DNA from: an uncultured Planctomycetia bacterium
Lineage (GTDB): Bacteria > Planctomycetota > Planctomycetia > Isosphaerales > Isosphaeraceae
Length of the DNA stretch: 64,000 nt
NCBI GenBank assembly: GCA_964609385.1
Contig: CAZSSM010000002.1
Span: 95,270-159,269 of the forward strand
Direction: 5' to 3'
Position numbers and translations under genes: made by a program. Positions 8,789 to 20,200 of this stretch are shown here, one piece after another. The notes below the pieces were generated by a model. It was given only the letters and a program-made list of their open reading frames with translations, did not search any database and had not been told where the DNA came from. The first letter of the stretch is position 1; every line of letters begins with the position of its first letter.

Positions 8789-10315
8789 ATGGACCTGACG
8801 TGGCTCGGGCTGGCGATGGTCGTCTACCTGGGGCTCCTGCTGGCCTTGAGCCTCTACGGCGGGTTGCGGATCGCCGACGCAGAGGACTATGTGGTGGCCG
8901 GCCGACGCCTCCCACTCTGGCTGGCCTGGGGTACCCTGCTGGCCACCTGGTTCGGCGCGGCGACGGTCCTGGGCGCGGCCGAGGCGGCTCGGCTGGAGGG
9001 CGTCCGGGGGACCCTGCTCGACCCGTTCGCCTCGGGCCTGGCCCTGATCCTGGCCGGCGTCCTGATCGCCAGACCGCTCTGGCGGATGAAGCTCCTGAGC
9101 CTGGCCGACTTCTATGGTCGGATCTACAGCCCGAGGACCGAGATGCTGGCCGCCTGGGTCATGGTGCCCGGCTACTTCGGCTGGATCGGCGCCCAGTTCC
9201 TGGCCCTTGGCGGGGTCCTTCAGACAGCATTCGCTCTGGAACCCGCCTGGCAACCGACGTTGGTCGTTGCCGGGGCTTGCGTGATCTTGGTTTATACCTT
9301 GATCGGCGGGATGTGGTCGGTCACCCTGACCGACACGGTCCAGATGGTCCTGGTGATCATCGGCCTGATCGCTCTGGGCGTGGCGACCTTGGATCTCCTC
9401 GGCGACGGGGACCTCCGAGGTGGCCTGGATCGGCTCGTTGGCGAGACCGACCCCGATTCGCTCCGCCTGCTGCCCGAGGCCGGGTTGGCCGCAGGCCTGG
9501 CCTGGATCGGCACGCTGGCCAGCGGGAGTCTGGGCAACCTGCCCGGCCAAGACCTGACCCAGCGGATCTTCGCCTCCCGGAGCGAGGCGACCGCCGCCCG
9601 CGCTTGTTGGCTCTCCGGCCTGGCCTACCTGGGCTTCGGCCTGATCCCGGTCGGCCTCGGCCTGGCCTCGCGGATCCTGCTGCCCGACGACTTCGACGGT
9701 GAGGTCGTGGGCGCCCTGGCGGCCCGGCTGCTCTCGGGGCCTGGGCAAATCCTCTTCCTGGTCGCCCTGCTCTCGATCCTGGTCTCGACGGCCACCAGCT
9801 CGGTCCTGGCCCCGGCGACGATCGTCTCGCAGAACCTTCTGACCCGACTTCCCTATTTCAACAGTCGTCGATTGCTGGCGGCGCGGACGGCGGTCGTCCT
9901 GATGGTCGGCTGCGGGATCCTGGCGGCCTTCTCCGGCTCCTCGATCCTTGAACTCCTGGAGAACGCCCTCTCGATCACCCTGGTCTCGCTGTTCGTCCCC
10001 CTGATGATGGGCCTCTACGGCAAACCCCGACACGCCGGCTCGGCCTGGCTGGCGATCCTGGCCGGAACCGCCGTCTGGGCCGCCCGCGAACTCCTCGAAG
10101 GCCTGATCCTCCCCATGCCCGACGATCTCGCGAACCCGCCGGCCACCTACGTCCAGTGGCTCCAGACCACCCCGATGGTCCAGCAACTCCTAGCGCCCCT
10201 CCGCGTGCTATTCGTCGGATTCGCCAGCGTCCCCTCCGCCCTCTCAGGGACACTCGCTAGCTTGATCGGCTACTATGTTGGACAACTATGTTTTAGAAAA
10301 TCTGTTCGTTGCTGA
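8789..10315 (+). CDS. Sodium:solute symporter (SSS) family transporter
   Basis: About 13 predicted TM helices. N-terminus DLTWLGLAMVVYLGLLLALSLYGG...DYVVAGRRLPLWLAWGTLLATWFGAATVLG is the typical SSS/PutP-like signature. Confidence 0.8.
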   Translation: MDLTWLGLAMVVYLGLLLALSLYGGLRIADAEDYVVAGRRLPLWLAWGTLLATWFGAATVLGAAEAARLEGVRGTLLDPFASGLALILAGVLIARPLWRMKLLSLADFYGRIYSPRTEMLAAWVMVPGYFGWIGAQFLALGGVLQTAFALEPAWQPTLVVAGACVILVYTLIGGMWSVTLTDTVQMVLVIIGLIALGVATLDLLGDGDLRGGLDRLVGETDPDSLRLLPEAGLAAGLAWIGTLASGSLGNLPGQDLTQRIFASRSEATAARACWLSGLAYLGFGLIPVGLGLASRILLPDDFDGEVVGALAARLLSGPGQILFLVALLSILVSTATSSVLAPATIVSQNLLTRLPYFNSRRLLAARTAVVLMVGCGILAAFSGSSILELLENALSITLVSLFVPLMMGLYGKPRHAGSAWLAILAGTAVWAARELLEGLILPMPDDLANPPATYVQWLQTTPMVQQLLAPLRVLFVGFASVPSALSGTLASLIGYYVGQLCFRKSVRC

Positions 10316-10839
10316 AAATCTAGTTGTCGAAATATCTTGCTTTCGATTCTTCTCTAGAATCAATAAATCAACGATCAATCGATCACATCAGCCATGGCCG
10401 CGCGTCCAGGACTTCTCAAGAACTTCTCCAACCTCCCAAGCAACCGCCTCGACCGGTCATCGGCCCCTTCCCCCGACGTTTCCGACCAGGTCTTTCCGGC
10501 CATTTGAGCCACTCGACGCCGGGTCGCGATCGCTACAATCCGAACCGTTTGGTCGCCTCAGCGCGTGCGAAGACTTCCCGGCCGATCTTATAAAGATCGG
10601 TCGATATTTCGATCCGCGCGGTCCCGAATTGTCAAGGGATTCCCACTCCACTGGGTCGGATCCCATTTGGATCCGCTCCGGCGCCCCGTGTCGCCTTCTC
10701 GAGACAGGTCTGACGGTCGTGGCGGGCCGGCCTCTGCCGCGACGAGGCGAATCCTCGGACCCACGGATGAGGACCGTTCGCGTCGTCGGGTCGTCGGCGC
10801 ACCGCGTCCGCCCGGCGATTCTCCGGGGCGCCGCGCGGA

Positions 10840-11706
10840 TCATTCCCGCTGAGGCCAGTTACGACCCGTCAACGCGATCGCGCCGAGGCTCCGCTCGGGC
10901 AAGGGTCGCCAACGGAGCGAGGGCGACATCGACGACTGCCGCGTCCCGGCAACGGGCCAGAGACCGTTGTCCGCCCCGGCACCTCGGAGGGCGATCACGC
11001 CGGCTCGCCAGCGGTAGGCCAACGCGAGCATCATCCGAACCAGCCCGATCCCGACGAAAACCGCCATCGTGATCAGGATCAGCGCGATGACCAGGAGGAT
11101 CACCGCGATCAGAACCGCCACACCGACGACCCTGATCGCGACGATCACCTCGATCGGCACATTCCGATGCTCGATGCACGGTTCCTCGGCGACCTCCTCC
11201 GAATCGGCATCGGAGTCGGATGCGGATGCGGTTCGATCCTCAACCGGCATCGAACCCACTTCGCTCGAAACAACCGATGGTTCGTCCCATGCCGGTTCGC
11301 TCCGAGCGGTGGTCGCCCCGAAGTCGAACACGACGGGAGCGACGCGCACCACTTGCCATGCCAAGGGGCGTTCGTCGGCCTCCCAATCCCAGAGCGCATG
11401 GTTCGGCTCGCCGACGGGTTGCCGTGGTGCGATGCGTTCCGGTCCGCGCAAGGGTCCGTTCGCGACCAGACCCGCATCGCCGGGCGATCGGGCCTCTTCC
11501 ATGGCCCGTTGCAGTTCGATGACGAAGCGTCCGAAGGGGTCGTCCCCGCGTTCCTTGGGCTCAACCTTCAGGCCGAGATTGACCCAGGCCTGAAGCGTGA
11601 CCGGATCGATCCCAAGGTCCCGGCAGGCGCATTCGAGGGACACCCCGTCACGGACGGCCGCGCCGATTCGCTGGGTGAGTCGGTGATTCGGAACCCGAAC
11701 GCCCAT
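10840..11706 (-). CDS. Hypothetical protein with N-terminal HTH-like segment and C-terminal TM helix
   Basis: GAAVRDGVSLECACRDLGIDPVTLQAWVNLG resembles an HTH of the terminase-small-subunit/transposase type. An acidic linker is followed by a strongly hydrophobic helix IVAIRVVGVAVLIAVILLVIALILITMAVFVGIGLV. No family assignment is possible. Confidence 0.35.
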   Translation of the reverse strand: MGVRVPNHRLTQRIGAAVRDGVSLECACRDLGIDPVTLQAWVNLGLKVEPKERGDDPFGRFVIELQRAMEEARSPGDAGLVANGPLRGPERIAPRQPVGEPNHALWDWEADERPLAWQVVRVAPVVFDFGATTARSEPAWDEPSVVSSEVGSMPVEDRTASASDSDADSEEVAEEPCIEHRNVPIEVIVAIRVVGVAVLIAVILLVIALILITMAVFVGIGLVRMMLALAYRWRAGVIALRGAGADNGLWPVAGTRQSSMSPSLRWRPLPERSLGAIALTGRNWPQRE

Positions 11707-12003
11707 CCCGGAGGACCCTCATGATGCTCACGATCCAGCCGGGCCATCCCACGCGTTGGCGCTCGTCGACGGCCCCGTCAGAAATAGCATCACGAGATCG
11801 GGAATAAGCGTTCGCGGAAATCTCCGCGACCCACCCCGGATTCACATCAACCTGCCTTTTCTTCGAAACGATCGGCACATCCAAACGACCCATCCCGGAG
11901 AGTGCCCGCTCTCTCTGATCGCTCCGCAAGCCTTGTCTCGAACGTGGACCGCGATCAATCCAGAGCCTTCGCCGTTATCGATGACGCTCGATCACTTGGC
12001 CTC

Positions 12004-12033
12004 GGGTCCTGGTCCTTCGAAGGACCAGGACCC
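12004..12033 (-). terminator. Perfect 30-nt palindrome (GGGTCCTGGTCCTTCGAAGGACCAGGACCC), hairpin 20 nt downstream of the giant gene stop
   Basis: The reverse complement is identical to the sequence. The 13-bp GC-rich stem immediately follows the stop codon at 12053 on the minus strand. No clear U-tract, so an intrinsic-terminator role is inferred only from position. Confidence 0.4.
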
Positions 12034-12052
12034 ATCACCGATACCACTCCGA

Positions 12053-15000
12053 TCAATCCTCGAAGTTGATCAGCGTGAAGTTGGCCGCCACCTCATCGGG
12101 GATTTCGGAGAGGTCGGTGCCTTCGCCGCCGTCGACCTCCACGCGGAGGTCGGTGAAAACCGAGGAGACCTCCAGGCGATCGTTGCCCGCGTTCAGGAAC
12201 AGCATCAAGAGGTCCATCTCGTCCACCCGCAGAACATCGACGTCCTGGAGCGTGCCGTTTCCGAGGGTCCGACGCCGAATCACGTGATCGCCTTGCCCCG
12301 AGCGGGCCAACTCGCTGAGACTCTGGGCGGCGAAGTGGTTGACCTGATAGACGTCGGCCCCATCGCCGCCGTCGAGCGTGTCGCGACCGCGACCATCGAT
12401 CAAGGTGTCCTCGCCGCCGCCACCGAGAATGGAGTCGAAGCCGTCGTTACCATCGAGGATGTCGTTGCCGGACCGACCCAAGAGCGTGTCACGGCCATTG
12501 CCACCCAGGACCGAGTCGGCCCCTCCGCCGGCGTCGATCAGGTCGTCGCCGAGCTGGCCGAGCAGCGTGTCGGCGCCGAGGCCCGCGGTGATCGTATCAT
12601 CGCCGCCGCCGCCGTCGACCAGGTCGGCACCGGAGCCGGCGTCGATCAGATCGGCGCCCTGGTCGCCCGAGATCGTGTCGGAGCCGGAGCCCAGGGCGAT
12701 CGTGTCATCGCCACCACCGCCGGCCACGACGTTGGGGCCGAACTGGTCCACGACGAGGTCGGCCCCGTCATCACCGCTCATTGTGTCGGCGCCATCGCCG
12801 CCGAAGAGCGAGTCGGACCCGACGTCGCCGATGAGCCGATCATCCTCACCCCCGCCGGCCAGGAAATCGGCGCCGCCATCCCCGTCGAGTTCGTCAGAGC
12901 CGGCCAGCCCGCTCAGCGTGTCGTCGCCGTCACCGCCGATCAGCGTGTCGGCGCCCCCGCGACCCTCGATCTGATCGGAGCCGGGACCACCCACGATCCG
13001 GTCGGCCTCGGCCCCGCCACTCATCGTGTCGTTGCCGAAGCCCAGCAACGCGGTGACCGGAACCTGCGTCAGGGCCGAGACATCGACCCGATCGGCGCCA
13101 TCCCCGGTGATGATGAAGATCCGACCGGTCACCGCGAAGGAGCCGAGATCCACACCATTGAGGCGAACACCGACTTCGGGGGCGGTGCCATTGCCACCCG
13201 TGATCTCGTAGTCATCGGCATCCGGACCCCCGTTGATGATCAGGTCGCCGTCGGGACTCAGCCCGATTGTCGGGTCCCCGACCTCCTGCACCTCGAACGA
13301 TCCGATGTCGACGAGCCCCTCGGCGATGCGTTCGAACAAGAAACCGCGCTGGTCGAACAGCAATGGATCGCCCTCAGGGTCGATCGCCATGGCGTTGTCG
13401 CCGGCATCGATGGCGGGGCTGCCCGGCAACAGCAGGTGACTGAGCGTGCCGCCGCCGTTCTCGGCCAGCGACCCTAGCAGCGGATCGATCGGGCTCCCTG
13501 AGGTCCCCACCTGGTTCCCATCGACGCCGTCGGCGATCCCCGAGGATCCGTCGCCGATGCCGATGAGGTTGTTCCGGCTCCCTGCGATGGCCGGCCCCTG
13601 GATGTCGATGCCGGACTCGGTGGCGAAGTTGCCCGCGACCAGGGTGTTGGCAAGAGACAGCTCGCTTTGGGTGTCGTCGGAGAAGATCCCGCCGCCCCGA
13701 CTGCCGATGTTGTCCGTGACGGTCACGTTGATGAGATCCAACAAAGGTCCGGTGTTGTGGATTCCGCCGCCGGCGCCGGCGGCGGAATTGCCCGAGACCG
13801 TGCTGTTGATCATGATCACATCACCATCGTCACCCACTTTCTCGTTCAGGAGCCCTGCGCCGATCGTCGTCGCCGAGTTGAACGCGATCGTGCTGTTGGT
13901 GATCGTCATTGAGCCGCCGCGATTGGAGATCCCGCCGGCTTCGGGACCCGAGTTGAACGTGACCACGCTGTTGTGGATCGTCGACGTCCCCAGACGAGCC
14001 GCAATCCCGCCGCCTTCACGTCCCGCGATGTTGTCCGTGACCGTGCTGTTGGAAATCATGAGGGTGCCACGGATATTGGCGATCCCGCCGCCATCACGTC
14101 TCGCGAAGTTGCCTACGACCGTGCTGTCGGCCAACGTCAACGTGCCGTAATTGAGTACGCCGCCACCCGTGGCCGATCCGAACCCACCCGCCGCCAACCC
14201 GCCGGTCAGGGTCAGCCCGCGAAGCTCGACGATGCTGCCCTCCTCGACAAGCATCACGCGGTCCAGACCCGAACCGTCCAGCGTGATCCGACCGCCCCCA
14301 TCGATCAACCAGGACCCCGCGCCGGCCTCGAGGATCAGCGAGACGGGGATTGCGAACTGCTGCGCCAGGGCGATCGTGCCCTCAAGTTGGTCGTCGAACT
14401 GGATCACCTTGTCACCGGATTGGTCGGCGGCGAAGGCCAACGCCTCCCGGAGGCTGGTCTGGTCATCGAAGGGGTCGACCCGATCCTCCAGGATCGTCAC
14501 CATCGTCCCGCCGCTCTCCAGGATCGGCGTCTCGGCCTCGATCTCGAAGGCGCCGATGTCGATCCCCGCACCCTGGGGACGGTCGACACCGCGCTGATCC
14601 TCCACGGTGTTGATCAGGCTGATCCCCGCATCGATGGCCGGGCTGCCGGGCAATAAGGCATGGGTGAGCACGCCAGTGCCGTTGTCGGCCAGCGGTCCCA
14701 GGAGCGGGTCGACTGGGCTCCCCAAGCTGCCGACCTGGTTTCCGTTGACGCCGTCGGTGATTCCGGTCAGCCCCTCGCCGATCCCGATGAGGTTGTTCAG
14801 GCTCCCCGCGAGGATCTCGCCTTCGACATCCGGGCCGGAGAAGGTGGCGACATTCCCCGCGACCAGGGTGTTGGCCAAGCTGATCGGCACCAGTCCCAAT
14901 CTTGTGCTGCCCGCGATCCCGCCGCCGCTGACGGCGGTATTGCCCGTCAATGTGCTGTTGGCCAAGCTCAGCGTGCCGGAATCGCGGTAGATCCCGCCAC

Positions 15001-16506
15001 CCTGGGAGAAGCTTTCGCCGGCCACGTTGCCCGAGACCGTGACATTGGACATCATCACGGAGCTTCCCAAACCCCGGATCGCAACACCGCCGCCTAAGTC
15101 CGCGACCGAGTTGCCCGACAGGGTGGTGTCGGATAGCGCCAACAAACCAGAGCGGATCGAGATGGCCCCACCACGGAACCCCGCCCTATTCTCTGTCGCG
15201 ACGCTGCTGACGATGTTGATCCGGTCACCGGCGATGGAGAGACCGCCGCCCTCGTTGTTGGCCACATTGCTCGACAGAATCACACCGGCCATCTCCAAGG
15301 TTCCGCGGCTCTGGTGGATCCCCCCGCCTTCACTGGTGGCCGTGTTTTCCGACAGGGTCACGCCGGTGATCTCCAGCCTCGATGTCGAGCCACCGGAACT
15401 GATCCCGCCGCCGTTACCGTTGGCCACGTTGCCCGACAGAGTACCGCCGGTGATCGTCAATCGTCCTCCGGAATCAGAATCGATCCCGCCGCCGTTACCG
15501 TTGGCCACGTTGCCCGTGATCGTGACGTCGGACAGCTCTGTTGTCCCGGCGTAAGAGTTGATACGAATCCCGCCGCCTCGACCGCCAGCCGTGTTGCCCG
15601 AGAGGGTGCTGCTGGTGATCTCCAAGATCCCACTGTCGTTGCGGATCCCGCCACCATCCCCATCGGTTACGTTGTCCGAGACAACGCTATTCATCACATA
15701 AACAATACCTGAGAAATTATCAATCCCACCACCCGAGTTGTTCAAGACGCTGCTGTCGGTGAGGTTCAGCACGCCGCTCTCAGCCTGGAAGGTACCGGAT
15801 TGAAAGATCCCGCCTCCTCTGTCTTCGGCTGAATTCCCGAAGATCGTGCTATCGGAAATGCCGACTGTCCCGCGGCGGTTGTAGATCCCACCCCCTCTGT
15901 TTCCGGCCGAATTGCCCGAAATCGTCGTGCCGACGAGGTCGAGGCTCCTAAAAAACCATTGAAAATCCCGCCCCCATCGCCTCCCGCCGAGTTCCCAGAG
16001 ACCGTGGTGTTGAACAAGCTCAGCGTGTCACCGTTGTTGAGGATCCCCCCGCCGTCGCCCGCCGTCGAGCCGCCAGTGACCGTCAGATCGCTCAGCGTGA
16101 CGTCGATATCCCCGCTCACCTCGAGGACCCGGCTGGTCCCCTGCGCATCCAGCACCGTCTCATCCATGCCCAAGCCGGTAATCGTCAGGTCGTCGTTGAC
16201 CGTCAGTTGGCCTTGGCTGAGTAGGATCGGTGTGCCCGAAAGCGACGCATCGAAGTCGATCGTCTCGGCGCCTGGATTGGCGTTGGCCGCCTCGATCGCC
16301 TCGCGGAGCGAAACCAGACCGTCGTTGGGATCGGTCACATCGGCCGCGGTGGTGACAGTCGTCAGCAGTTGACGCGGCTCCAGGGGCTCCAGGCGGGCCA
16401 GCGACGAACCTCGACCACGGCGGGAGCGGAGCGATCGCCGGTCGCGTCGCTCTCCGAAAGCTTTGACGAGACGCAGATTGAAGGGTCGGTGGAGGTGCGA
16501 GCTCAT
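12053..16506 (-). CDS. Giant secreted right-handed beta-helix / CSLREA-domain / RTX-repeat adhesin-like protein, interrupted by a -1 frameshift (two ORFs 15766..16629 and 12053..15772)
   Basis: N-terminus MSSHLHRPFNLRLVKAFGERRDRR...LEPLEPRQLLT is a Planctomycete signal/LEPR motif. Two SLREAI/SLREAL (CSLREA) segments. About 45 GGGI-type parallel beta-helix repeats. Then about 25 RTX nonapeptides (GGxGxDxL, e.g. GGAGADTLIGGDGDDTLSG). C-terminal tail ...IPDEVAANFTLINFED*. Both ORF segments carry the same repeat family; the reading frame switches at the A6 run 15950-15955. Confidence 0.7.
15950..15955 (-). other. Homopolymer (A6 on + strand, T6 on coding strand) frameshift site inside the giant beta-helix gene
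   Basis: On the minus strand ...GGGATTTTCAATGGTTTTTTAGGAGCCTCGACCTCGTCGGC... reads GGGIFNGFLGAS and then junk to a stop. Inserting one T gives GGGIFNGFFRSLDLVGTTISGNSAGNRGGGIYNRRGTVGISDSTIFGNSAEDRGGGIFQSGTFQAESGVLNLTDSSVL, a perfect continuation of the repeat into ORF 12053..15772. Confidence 0.7.
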
Positions 16507-17255
16507 GGGGGTTCTCCGGAGGACAAGCGCGGTGGGGGGAAAGGGAGTTTGGATCGTCGCTCGGAGGGCCTTGACGTAGCTTGGGCGCAATCGCCAGGTA
16601 GGCGAGCATCCAGCACAAGCCACGCTCACGAGGGCAAATCAAGGGATGTCGTGGAAAATCAATGACGACAGACTCTCACGGCGCTATGGCCGCGGCGACG
16701 TCGACTCGACAGGATGGGGCCGAACACCAGGATCCCATCGAACGTATTGGGGACGGACACGTTTCGGGAGCAGTCGTCGTCTTGACGCGTCAACGCGTCA
16801 TTGGGTGGTCGGGACGCACGTGAGTGTACATCCTCGAGATCAACGTGAGAACCCCCGAGTCCTAAAAGATCCAGATCACGAACCAGACTCATGCATCGAT
16901 GACTCCACCAAGCGACTGGCGAAAGAGGGAGCCTCGGGCAGGGGATACCTCCAGACCAGTGAATGCACCTCGCAAGCATGGCTGTTCTCGAGCGATCGCC
17001 TCGACGATCGCAAATCGAGCGGCCTCGAGCGGTCCGGAGTAGGAAGTTCATAAGCCGATCATTAGAGCACCGAATGACGAGATTACACAGGCTCTCCCAG
17101 AGCATCCAAACTTTATGATGCTCGATTTCACCTATGAGTTCTAGGCAAAGTAGGCAAAACAAATTCACCACTGTCGATTAGGTATTTTCCATCGCCGGCC
17201 AAGGGAATCCGATTCCCTTGATCCGGCAAGAGTTGTCTGGATTTTCATCCGTGGA

Positions 17256-20200
17256 TCAGCGGTCGGTTGGGATTGGGGCAGCGACACGGAAGCCCTGGTT
17301 GCTGTCGGTGAAGTTGGGGCCTCGCGTGCTCCGCATCGCCGAGCGGGTGTTGTACGCGAAGTTGCGCCAACTCCCACCGCGTCGGATCCGCCCGGGGACG
17401 TCGGGGCCATCCCTCGTCGTCACGAACGACTGGTCCCGGCTCAGCGGACCGTTGGTCGGACTGCCAGGGATCCAGTCTCCGCCGAGCCAGGCGCTGCCGT
17501 TGGTCGGAGCACCCTCGTAGCTGGCGTGGGCGTGATCCTGGCACCACTCCATCACGTTGCCCAACATATCATACAGGCCGAAGGCGTTGGCTTGTTTCTG
17601 AGCGATCGGGAGGACGCCGGCGCGTCGGTGGTCCTCCTGCTTCTGCGGCCAGCGCGTTGAGTTGACCGCGCCGGCATAGTCGACGCCGCAGTTGCCCATA
17701 TACCAGGCGATCTCGCCCAGCTCCGGGCAGTTGCAACGGCCGAGGATGGTCATCGGACCGTTGTAGATCGGTGTCTCGGTGCCAGCACGACAGGCATACT
17801 CCCACTCAGCCTCGGTCGGGAGCCGGAGCGACAGGCCATGAGCCTCGTTGATCGCCTCCAGCCATCGCCTCGTCTGGTTCCACGAGACCATCTCGACCGG
17901 CGCCCGGCCATCGGCGTTCGCGAAGAAGGACGGATCGTTCGGCAGGTCGGCCAGCCCCGCCAGTCGTCGCCAAAGATCCTTCGTGACCTCGGTCCGGGCC
18001 ATCAGGAACGAGGGAACATCCACGTCGTGCGGCGGCAATTCGTCCTGCAATCGCGAACGGACCGACCGCGCCGCGACCATCGCCTCAAGCACCTCCGGCG
18101 TGCTGCCCATCGTGAACCGCCCGCCGGGGACCAGCACGAACTCGCAGGCGACGTCGGTCTGGTCCGCCTCCAGACCCAAAGCCTCGGCGAAGGGGTTGCA
18201 GCGGTAGATCGCGACCGTGTGGGTCTGGCCACCACACGCGAAGGTCTCCTCCCGGAGCTTCGTGAAGACCTCGCTGTACCCTGGATGATCTCCCGAAGCC
18301 GACGCCGAGGAAGGGGAGACCCCGCTCGAGACCTCGGAGATCGTCCCACCGTCCAGGTTGAGATCCAGGAACCGATCGCCCTCAAGCCCCTCGAAGGTGA
18401 CCGTCTTTCCCCCAGGCAGAGAGACGGTGAGGTCGACACGGGTCGCGCTCCCGAGCCCGAAATGGGCCTCGAAGGGTCCGCCTGACTTATAGGTGTGGTG
18501 AGAATAGATGCCGCGCGTACCGAGCCGGTCGGTCGTCCCCGGCTCGAAGATCTCGACGCGGGCACCGAGGAGCCGGGCGTGACGGACGCCCGAGAACCGG
18601 AGGCGGAGCCAGTGATTCTCGCGGGCGCCCTGCTGGCCGGTGTTGAGGTAAACCTTGTCCTCGAAACGTCGGAGGTCGTCGGCCTGCCCGGTGTTGTCTG
18701 GGTCTCCGGCGATGTAGAGGTCGACCAGCCCGTCGTTGTTGAGGTCGGCCGCCTCGCCGGAGATCCCGGTGCCATCCAGGCCGGAGACGGTGGTGGGAAC
18801 CGGCTCGAAGACGCCGCCCCCTTGGTTGCGGTAGAACAGGGCGCGGGTCTCGATCGCCTTGGGCTCGCGGCGGTCCAAGACCACCATGTCGAGCCAGGTG
18901 TCGTTGTCGAAGTCGGCGAAGATCACGTCGGAATGGTAGGGCCGCAGGTCGATCGGCCGGGTGGGTTCCAGCCCCGGCTGAGTCACTCGGAAGGCGCGCA
19001 GGTTGACCGGTCGGGTCAGCGGCGGCGGGATCTCCGCCTCGAAGAACCGGTACCAGTCTCCGTAGTTGTCGTTCAGCGAGCCCAAGCCGGCCTCGACTGT
19101 CGATTCCTCGAACCGAAAGCCGCCCCGGTTCCGCCAGAACCGCCCCCCGACGTCCTCCGGCTTCGGGGTGAACGTGGGGTCGCTGCCATCGACACCGATC
19201 ACGTCGAACAGCCCATCGTTGTCCACGTCGCCACAAAACAAGTACGCCAAGCCGGGCGCACGGGCATCACCTTCCGGAACGAACCGTCGTTCGCGCTCGT
19301 CGAACCGGAGGCGACCCTCGACGGCCAGTCCGTTGTCGGTCGACTTCTCGAACCGGAACTCCCCGGTCTCGGCCAGGAGGTTCTTCCAGGTGAAGACCCC
19401 TTGGCGGTATGTGGCCGGTGAGTACGGCAAATTCCGAGGAAAGCGACCGTTGATCAACACGTGGGTGCTTTGCAAGAGGTCGAGGTCGCCGTCGTTGTCC
19501 ATGTCGCGGAGGGCGAGGTTGGGACCCGCCTTGTCGCGCGTCGCGTCGTGGGCGAAGCCGCCGAAGTCGGGGATCAGGTCGGTCCCGCCGATGTCCTCGA
19601 ACCGCCCGCCCTCGAAGCGACCGTCGTTCGGGCGAAAGACGAACAGGGCTGAGCGTGGCAGGCCTTCGAAGGCGCTGACCACGTTGTCCGCGCCCAACGC
19701 GACGTCGATGAAGCCGTCCTGATCGACGTCGCCGAGGCTGACCTGACGGTTGTAGGCCAACTCGTTGAGCGCACCGAAGTCCCGCGAGCGATCGCGGAAC
19801 CGATCGAAGGCGCCGTCGCTCAGGAAGAGGCTGCAACCGACCGGCGTCATGCCAGCGCGGACACGGCCGTTGCTCATCGGGCACTGTCGGGAGACGAACA
19901 GGTCCAGGTAGCCGTCACCGTCGAAGTCGGCCATGGCCGGGATCTGGCTGCCACGCCACCCTTGGCCGAAGTCCTCGGGCGTGGCCGCCGAACCGAGCAG
20001 GGTGACCGCTCGGGGTTCGAAGTCGAATCCGCCCCGGTTCAGGAGGATCCGGAGCCGGTCCCTCGGGTCGCGTGTCCGATCGACGTCGCCGTCGTTATCG
20101 TTCCAGGTCTCGTCCAGCGCGAACGGTGGTGTCGAGATGGCGAGGACGTCCAGGTAGCCGTTGCCGTCCAGGTCGGCCAGCACGAAGCCGTTGGTCCCCT

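Noticed and set aside
8720-10186. 488-aa minus-strand ORF antisense to the SSS transporter, and the 300-aa + ORF at 8800..9702 in an alternative frame
   Set aside because: Arg/Gly/Asp/Pro-rich low-complexity translations. The transporter frame shows about 13 TM helices and family motifs.
11756-13477. Long + strand ORF (573 aa) and several others (12378..12974, 13446..14150, 15027..15554), all antisense to the giant beta-helix/RTX gene
   Set aside because: The translations are Pro/Ser/Arg/Ala-rich with no domain signature. They mirror the repeat periodicity of the sense gene. Long antisense ORFs are expected by chance in ~70% GC DNA, and the sense strand has clear RTX and beta-helix motifs.
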